NCBI GenBank assembly: GCA_963727625.1
Contig: CAVSHR010000004.1
Span: 640,001-704,000, forward strand
Reading direction: 5' to 3'
Source: an uncultured delta proteobacterium
GTDB taxonomy: Bacteria; Desulfobacterota; Binatia; UBA9968
Length of the DNA: 64,000 nt
Shown piece by piece: positions 58,063-64,000 of this stretch. The position numbers and the translations under genes are program-made. The notes below the pieces were generated by a model, which saw only the letters and a list, made by a program, of their open reading frames with translations, made no database searches and was not told the origin of the DNA. Position 1 is the stretch's first letter; every line of letters begins with the position of its first letter.

Positions 58063-58830
58063 CTAACTCAGACTCAACCCGCCATCCACGATCAGTGTCT
58101 GCCCGGTGACGAAGTCGCCGCCGGTGATCAATCCCAGAATCGCGCCCGCGATGTCCTCTGGAGTGGCGATGCGTTGCATCGGGTAGCCCGCGGCGGCTTT
58201 GCTGATCACCTGCCGGTATTCGCCACCGAAGTGCTGGCTCATCCACGGCGTGTCGGTAAACGCCGGCGCCACGCAGTTGACTCGCACCTTGGGCGCCATC
58301 GCCACCGCCAAGCCGCGCGTCATATAGATCAGCGCCGCTTTCGCCGTGCCATAGGCCAGGGACGACATGGTGGACGGCGCCAAAACACCGGAGATCGACG
58401 ATACGTTGACGATCATACCCGCGTTGGCTTCGAGCAGCCTCGCCGCCGCGCGCGCGCAGCGGAACGCGCCTTTGACATTGACGTCGAGAATCTCGTCCCA
58501 GATTTCATCGGTGAGCCCTTCGAGGTCCGAGAGCTTCACCCAGTGCGTCACGCCGGCGTTGTTGACGACGATATCGAGCCGGCCGAAATGGTCCTCAATC
58601 CTTTTCATCATCGCCCGCACCTGCGCGTCGCTCCGGATGTCGGCCTGGATCGCCTGCGCTTTGATGCCCGCGCGTTCGATCTCGACCGCCAAATCTTCGG
58701 CCTGTTTGGCGGACGTTCGGTAATTGATCACAATCCCCGCGATGCCGGCTTTCGCCAGGCTGCGCACCACCGCGCCGCCGATGCCACCAGCCCCGCCGGT
58801 TACCAATGCTACTCTCCCTTGAAGCTCCAT
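58063..58830 (-). CDS. SDR family NAD(P)-dependent oxidoreductase
   Basis: TGGAGGIG, NNAG, YGTAK (YxxxK), 'VNCVAP', 'VTGQTLIVDGG'. Confidence 0.93.
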   Translation of the reverse strand: MELQGRVALVTGGAGGIGGAVVRSLAKAGIAGIVINYRTSAKQAEDLAVEIERAGIKAQAIQADIRSDAQVRAMMKRIEDHFGRLDIVVNNAGVTHWVKLSDLEGLTDEIWDEILDVNVKGAFRCARAAARLLEANAGMIVNVSSISGVLAPSTMSSLAYGTAKAALIYMTRGLAVAMAPKVRVNCVAPAFTDTPWMSQHFGGEYRQVISKAAAGYPMQRIATPEDIAGAILGLITGGDFVTGQTLIVDGGLSLS

Positions 58831-58925
58831 AGGCTCGCTCCGCCCGTCCTTCACTACATTCCAGATTTCAAATTACCCATTTCAGGTTCGTTCGAACTTT
58901 TGCATCCATAATCTTGGGATGCCTT

Positions 58926-60650
58926 TTACCGCCCGCTCCGAAGCTCTGTCGTTCGAGCATGATCGACAACCCAGTTTTCGGGTAGCCTGACCAATTCATC
59001 GGCTGTACCTTTGAAACTTACAGCCACCCCGTATCTCTTTTCGGCTTCCTCCGGTGTGATGTAACCCTCGATCACGTCCCAGCGAACCTTTTCGATATCG
59101 CGCTTGAGCGGATCGCCATAGCCGCCACCTCCCGGTAAATCAATGTGGACCACATCGCCCGCTTTAAGATCTATCAACGCTTTGGCATGCAACCGCATGC
59201 CGTTTTCCAGGCTCACCCCTCCCGTGGCCCCCGCTTGACCACCCAGCAGACCGGGCGCCGCATACTCGGTTCGATCAGCGATCGAGCTTACGCTCCATTT
59301 TCCCTCGCCGCGCCGGGCGAATTCGGTGAGTTGGCCGAGACCGCCGCGCCAGGTCCCGGGGCCGCCGGAATTGGCTCGCAGCTGACGCCGCTTTAACACG
59401 ACCGGCGATAAACTCTCGATCACTTCCGCTGGAACACCAGCGACGCCGCTGGGAAAACCGACGGCGTTCAAGCCATCCTTGGTCGGTCGCGCACCCGTGC
59501 CGCCCACTTGGAAAACCGTGAGTGTAAACGGCGGATTCTGGCCGCGCCACACGCTCAGCCAGATCGGATCGGCGCCCGGCGCCATCAGCCGTCCCGGCAG
59601 CGCGCCCGACAACGCTGCGAAGATTGCGCTCGGTATAAAATGGCCGATCACCTGCCGGCTCGCCACCGGCGCCGGATCCAACGCATTGAGAATACTGCCC
59701 GGCGGAGCGCTCACGTGCACCGGGCGAAAGCTGCCCTCGTTGTGCGGCACGTCCGGACAGATCGCCGCTTTGATCGCGAAGCTCGCGTAGGCATGGGTGT
59801 AGTTGAGCACGACGTTGATGCCGCGCGTGCTCTGCGGCGAAGAGCCGGTGAAGTCGATGAAGATCTCGTCGCCGGCAATCTTCACCGCACAACGCACGAC
59901 GATGGGCTCTTCAAAACCATCGCTCCAGGTTTCGTTGTGCCATTCGCCATCGGGGAGCCGTCGGATCTCGGTGCGCACAGCAGTCTCCGAGCGGCGAATA
60001 ATTTCGTCGGCGACCCCATCGATGGAATCGAGATCGAACTCATCCATCATTTCCAGCAGAGCCCGCCCGCCGGTTTCGTTGCACGCCGTCTGGGCGTAAA
60101 AATCGCCGACCACCTCGTCCGGCTGGCGGACATTAGAACGGACGATCTGCATGAGGATTTTATTCGGCTCGCCGGCGTCGAACAGTTTCATGATCGGGAT
60201 GCGCAACCCCTCCTCGAAAACTTCGCGCGCCTCGGCGGAAAGAATCCTGCCGCCGATATCAGCGCTGTGGCAAGTGTTGGCGAAGAGCGCGACCATTTTG
60301 CCATTGCGAAAGATCGGCGTGGTGATCGTGATGTCGTTGATCTGCCCCGCCGTCTGCCACGGGTCGTTGGTGATCAGCACGTCGCCCGGCGCAAGCTTGT
60401 CCGGCGGAAAGGCCGCGAGAAAATGTTTCATCGACGTCGCCATGGCATTGATATGCCCCGGCGTGCCGCTGAGCGACTGGGCAATCATCCGCCCCCTGGT
60501 GTCGAACAGGCCGCAAGCCAGATCCTGACTCTCGCGCACGATGGTGCTGAAGGCGGTGCGGATCAGCGTGTCCTGCTGCTCGTTGGCCACCGACATGAAG
60601 CGGTTCCAGATCACTTCCAAGGTTACCGGGTCGATCACTTCACTTTTCAT
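58926..60650 (-). CDS. Hydantoinase B / oxoprolinase family protein
   Basis: 'DPVTLEVIWNR', 'RTAFSTIVRE', 'TNDPW', 'SGGPGTWRGGLG', 'PGGGGYGDP'. Confidence 0.93.
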   Translation of the reverse strand: MKSEVIDPVTLEVIWNRFMSVANEQQDTLIRTAFSTIVRESQDLACGLFDTRGRMIAQSLSGTPGHINAMATSMKHFLAAFPPDKLAPGDVLITNDPWQTAGQINDITITTPIFRNGKMVALFANTCHSADIGGRILSAEAREVFEEGLRIPIMKLFDAGEPNKILMQIVRSNVRQPDEVVGDFYAQTACNETGGRALLEMMDEFDLDSIDGVADEIIRRSETAVRTEIRRLPDGEWHNETWSDGFEEPIVVRCAVKIAGDEIFIDFTGSSPQSTRGINVVLNYTHAYASFAIKAAICPDVPHNEGSFRPVHVSAPPGSILNALDPAPVASRQVIGHFIPSAIFAALSGALPGRLMAPGADPIWLSVWRGQNPPFTLTVFQVGGTGARPTKDGLNAVGFPSGVAGVPAEVIESLSPVVLKRRQLRANSGGPGTWRGGLGQLTEFARRGEGKWSVSSIADRTEYAAPGLLGGQAGATGGVSLENGMRLHAKALIDLKAGDVVHIDLPGGGGYGDPLKRDIEKVRWDVIEGYITPEEAEKRYGVAVSFKGTADELVRLPENWVVDHARTTELRSGR

Positions 60651-62718
60651 CGCTTAACTCCGCGACGATATTCAATTTCTCGTCCACCTGTGCGCGGCCG
60701 CGCGGGCCCACAATCAAAGTCGACTCGCGCTCCTCGACGATCGCCGGCCCGCTTAATTCCATGCCGGGCGAAAGCCTGTAGCGATCATAGATCGCGGTAT
60801 CGATATAACCTTCGCGCTCAGGAAAATAAGCCGGACGAGACCCTTTACGCGCGTCGTTTCGCATGGCGGTGGCACGCGGCAGTTGCAAATTCATTTCCGG
60901 CCGCGGCCCGCTCGCCACGACACGCCAATTGATCACTTCCAACGGCACATCCGGCCCCTTGCGACCATACAATGCCTGATAGGTGTCTTCGAATTCGGCA
61001 CCGATGCGCGGCAAATCTTTGGCGCTCAAATCTCCATCCGGAAGCGCAACTGAAACTTCATGCCCCTGACCGACATAGCGCATATCGGCCGTGCGCTGAC
61101 AAACAATCTCGCGCGCCGAGACTCCGGAGCGTTCCAGTACCTTCCGTCCCTCCGCGGCCATTTCGTTTAGCAAACCGTTGGCGAACTGCCAACCGAGTTG
61201 ATCCAAGCGGCTGTAGGCGCTGCGCACGAAATCGAAAGCCAGCGGCGCCGAGAGCAAGCCAAACGTCGAGCCTACGCCGGCGCCGAAAGGCGAGATCAGC
61301 GCCGGCAGACGCAGGATCTCCGCGACGCGATAGCCGTGCACCGGGCCCGCCCCGCCGAAAGCGTACATCGGCATGCGGCGCGGATCTTTGCCGCGTTCGC
61401 CCAGGTGGGCGCGCGCCGCATTGGCCATGTTCTCGTTGACGATTTGATGAATACCCCAGGCCGTCTGCTCAGCGCTCATATGGAGCGGCTTGCCCAAACG
61501 GCCGAGGGCCCGGCGCGCGCCATCGAGATCCAATTGCATCTTGCCGCCGAGAAAATAATTTGGATCGAGATAGCCAAGCACCAAATCGGCATCGGTCACC
61601 GTCGGTTCAGTGCCGCCTTGGCGATAACAGACCGGCCCCGGATCGGCCCCTGAGCTATCCGGACCGACTTTTAACAATCCGAGAGAATCGACGCGCGCGA
61701 TGCTGCCGCCGCCGGCACCGATCTCGATCATGTCAATCACCGGAATGCGCACCGGAAGGCCGCTGCCTTTACGAAAACGATAAACCCGATCCACTTCGAA
61801 TTCGTGGGTCTTGAGCGGTTGGCCGTCTTCGATGACACAGAGCTTCGCTGTGGTCCCGCCCATGTCGAACGAAAGCAAATCCCGATGCCCCGAAACCAGC
61901 CCCGCCCGCGCCGCCGCTAAAGCCCCTGCCGCCGGGCCCGATTCGAGCAAGCGCACCGGAAAACGCGCAGCGGTCTGGCGAGTGGCAATGCCACCGCTCG
62001 ATAGCATGACGAAAAAGCTTCCGGCAAAACCGATTTTGTCTAATCTGGCTTGCAAACGCGCCAGATAATCCGCCACCCGCTCCTGCACGTAAACGTTCGC
62101 CAATGTCGTGCTGGTGCGCTGGAATTCGCGGATCTCGGCGACCACTTCGGAGCTGAGCGACACACGAATCTCCGGGGCTAATTCGGCGATGATCTCAGCG
62201 GTGCGCTTTTCATGCGCCGGATTGCGAAAGCTGTTGAGATAGCAAATACCGATGGCTTTGATCCCTTTGCGGCTGAGTTCCGCGACCAAACGCCGAACAA
62301 ACGCTTCGTCCAGACCCTGAAGCACACTGCCGTCGGCAGCGACTCGCTCGGGCACATCGAAGCGCAGGTGACGCGGCACCAGCGGCTTGGGCAGGTCGAG
62401 ATTGAGATCGTAGAGCTCGTAGCGATGCTCGCGGCCGATCTCCACCGCGTCGCGAAAGCCTGAAGTGGTGAGCAGCGCCGTCGGCGCGCCTTTGCGCTCG
62501 ATCAGCGCATTGGTAACCAAGGTGGTGCCGTGAATCAACGTGCCCCGCGCGCCGGCTATCACCGTACCGTTTTCCAGCGCGGGACGCACCGCGTTTTCCA
62601 CCGCCAGGCTCGGATCGCCCGCGGTGGTCAGCGTCTTGCCGATGATCGCGGCGCCGTCTTCGCCGACCAACAGCATGTCGGTAAAGGTTCCGCCGATGTC
62701 GATGCCGACGTGGTACAT
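60640..62718 (-). CDS. Hydantoinase A / oxoprolinase family protein
   Basis: 'GIDIGGTFTD', 'HGTTLVTNALIER', 'ESGPAAG', 'DMGGTT', 'GAGGGSI', 'FGGAGP', 'RYVGQGHE'. Confidence 0.95.
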   Translation of the reverse strand: MYHVGIDIGGTFTDMLLVGEDGAAIIGKTLTTAGDPSLAVENAVRPALENGTVIAGARGTLIHGTTLVTNALIERKGAPTALLTTSGFRDAVEIGREHRYELYDLNLDLPKPLVPRHLRFDVPERVAADGSVLQGLDEAFVRRLVAELSRKGIKAIGICYLNSFRNPAHEKRTAEIIAELAPEIRVSLSSEVVAEIREFQRTSTTLANVYVQERVADYLARLQARLDKIGFAGSFFVMLSSGGIATRQTAARFPVRLLESGPAAGALAAARAGLVSGHRDLLSFDMGGTTAKLCVIEDGQPLKTHEFEVDRVYRFRKGSGLPVRIPVIDMIEIGAGGGSIARVDSLGLLKVGPDSSGADPGPVCYRQGGTEPTVTDADLVLGYLDPNYFLGGKMQLDLDGARRALGRLGKPLHMSAEQTAWGIHQIVNENMANAARAHLGERGKDPRRMPMYAFGGAGPVHGYRVAEILRLPALISPFGAGVGSTFGLLSAPLAFDFVRSAYSRLDQLGWQFANGLLNEMAAEGRKVLERSGVSAREIVCQRTADMRYVGQGHEVSVALPDGDLSAKDLPRIGAEFEDTYQALYGRKGPDVPLEVINWRVVASGPRPEMNLQLPRATAMRNDARKGSRPAYFPEREGYIDTAIYDRYRLSPGMELSGPAIVEERESTLIVGPRGRAQVDEKLNIVAELSDEK

Positions 62719-62727
62719 ACGAAGTCA

Positions 62728-62799
62728 GTTCAAAAGCTCAAGGGTTCAAAGTTCAATCGTTTCAACTTCTTTTCTGACCTTGAACTCTTGAACCTTGAT
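62728..62799. repeat. GTTCAA/TTGAAC two-armed short-repeat palindrome
   Basis: GTTCAAAA GCTCAAGG GTTCAAA GTTCAATC ... TTGAACTC TTGAACC TTGATC. Confidence 0.65.
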
Positions 62800-62802
62800 C
62801 GT

Positions 62803-63822
62803 CTACTGCGCAAACAAATCGAGTAGCCGCTGGGCTTGATGCGCCGCCGCGGGTCTGAGCAGCGGGATTTTGACGCCGGCTTCGCGATACTGCTGCACGC
62901 GCTTCTTCACCGTGTCCGGCGTGCCGCTGGCGGTCATGCCTTCGACGTAGGAGTCGGGAATTGCTTTGATCAACCCTTCCATGCCGCCCGCGGCGTGGGC
63001 TTTCTCAAACAGCGGTATATCTTCTTTGCGGATATACGGCTCGCCGACGCGCATTTTCGGGGCAGCGATGAAAGAGATTTGCACCGGATCGAGCTTGGTC
63101 GCCACTTCCCAGCGCATCGCGTCGAGGGCTTTCTTGTGATCGTCTTCGATGGAACAATTGATAATCTGCGCCACTTCGAACTTGGAAAAATCCCGTCCCG
63201 CTTGCTCGGCCGACGCTTTGATAATCTTGAGCGCGTTGACCGTGTATTCCGGTGAACAGACCGCGTTCAAAACCACGCCGTCGCCCACCGCACCGGCCAA
63301 CTTCAAACCGATGGTTGCCGTCGCCGGGACGTAGAACGGAATATGCGGGCGGATCGGCTTCCATCCGAGCCCGACGTTATCGAAGTTGATGAATTTACCG
63401 CGATAGGAAACCTTTTCACCGGTGAAAAGCAGCCGCATGGATTCGATATACTCGCGCAGCACTTCGGTCGGCGTGGCGCCGACGTCCTGCGGCAGCGCGT
63501 GCACGCGCGCGTGACTCTTGGTGCAAGCGCCGGGGGCGGCGGTGATCCTGCCACCGGTCAATTCGTCCAGCGTCGCCAATGATTGCGCCATCACGACCGG
63601 ACCGCGCAGGCGCACGATCTGGGTCGTACCTAGCGTCATCTTTTGGGTCGCCAGACCGATGGCCGCCAAGGAGCTCACCGAGTCTCTCATCAGCTCGATC
63701 GTCTCGGAAAAAAAGGCCATCTCGAAGCCGCGCTCTTCCGCTTGCTTCATGACATCGGCCATCTCCCGCACATTGGTGAATTTACCGTAGCCTAGAGCGT
63801 ATCCGATCCGTTGTTTCGCCAT
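62803..63822 (-). CDS. LLM class flavin-dependent oxidoreductase (Mer/luciferase-like)
   Basis: 'AEERGFE', 'ATLDELTGGR', 'LFTGEKVSYRGKF', 'LAGAVGDGVVLN', 'GTPDTVKKRVQQY'; GGAGG RBS before ATG 63822. Confidence 0.9.
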   Translation of the reverse strand: MAKQRIGYALGYGKFTNVREMADVMKQAEERGFEMAFFSETIELMRDSVSSLAAIGLATQKMTLGTTQIVRLRGPVVMAQSLATLDELTGGRITAAPGACTKSHARVHALPQDVGATPTEVLREYIESMRLLFTGEKVSYRGKFINFDNVGLGWKPIRPHIPFYVPATATIGLKLAGAVGDGVVLNAVCSPEYTVNALKIIKASAEQAGRDFSKFEVAQIINCSIEDDHKKALDAMRWEVATKLDPVQISFIAAPKMRVGEPYIRKEDIPLFEKAHAAGGMEGLIKAIPDSYVEGMTASGTPDTVKKRVQQYREAGVKIPLLRPAAAHQAQRLLDLFAQ

Positions 63823-64000
63823 TTTTGAAATACTCCTCCCGACCCGCGGTGCTTGTCTCGGTCTTATCTCAAAGTCGCTCGGATTATAATCCGAATCGTC
63901 GGTGAACGCGACCGGCTGCCGTCGTGGTCCAAGAAAAACCAAATCGGCGGAACAGGTTTACAGATGATGAATACTCATATTATTCATTCAAGCCAATTCT

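Noticed and set aside
59508-60932. Long antisense ORFs (e.g. 474 aa here, 445 aa at 57574-58911, 322 aa at 39513-40481)
   Set aside because: They are shadows of well-supported genes on the opposite strand, expected with high-GC codon bias, and show no recognisable motifs.

Overview
A 64 kb bacterial chromosomal window of high GC content, made up mostly of accessory metabolism and transport genes. No rRNA, tRNA or CRISPR array was seen. The gene content (many amidohydrolase_2, VOC, orphan substrate-binding and heme-oxygenase-like diiron proteins) is reminiscent of Candidatus Binatia / deltaproteobacteria-like lineages; this is an inference only. Main blocks: VOC/MFS/tandem exported methyltransferases (1-6.5 kb); a lower-GC, frameshift-riddled block with a PhnD-like binding protein, a sensor kinase and a glycerate kinase (6.9-12 kb); a 13 kb minus-strand efflux cluster (TetR, hypothetical, RND pair, TetR, YbhGFSR-like ABC, outer membrane factor); an M1 aminopeptidase; a ybbPA/tesA-like module; amidohydrolases; a liv-type ABC operon plus MFS; an internally deleted IS30 truncating a binding-protein gene; CoA-transferase, two CADD/PqqC-fold proteins, MetE-like protein, threonine aldolase; and a minus-strand LLM/oxoprolinase/SDR/aldolase/OphD-like cluster. 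Best hidden signals: (1) a selenoprotein peroxiredoxin-like gene at 51856-52347 missed by the ORF track, with an in-frame UGA in a W-U-P-Y-C motif and an fdhF-like SECIS hairpin 11 nt downstream; (2) a probable glycerate kinase fused to a His-less DHp domain that resembles the neighbouring sensor kinase; (3) an unknown small gene placed under apparent TetR operator control at the head of the RND operon; (4) several families of dispersed, short-period palindromic intergenic elements.
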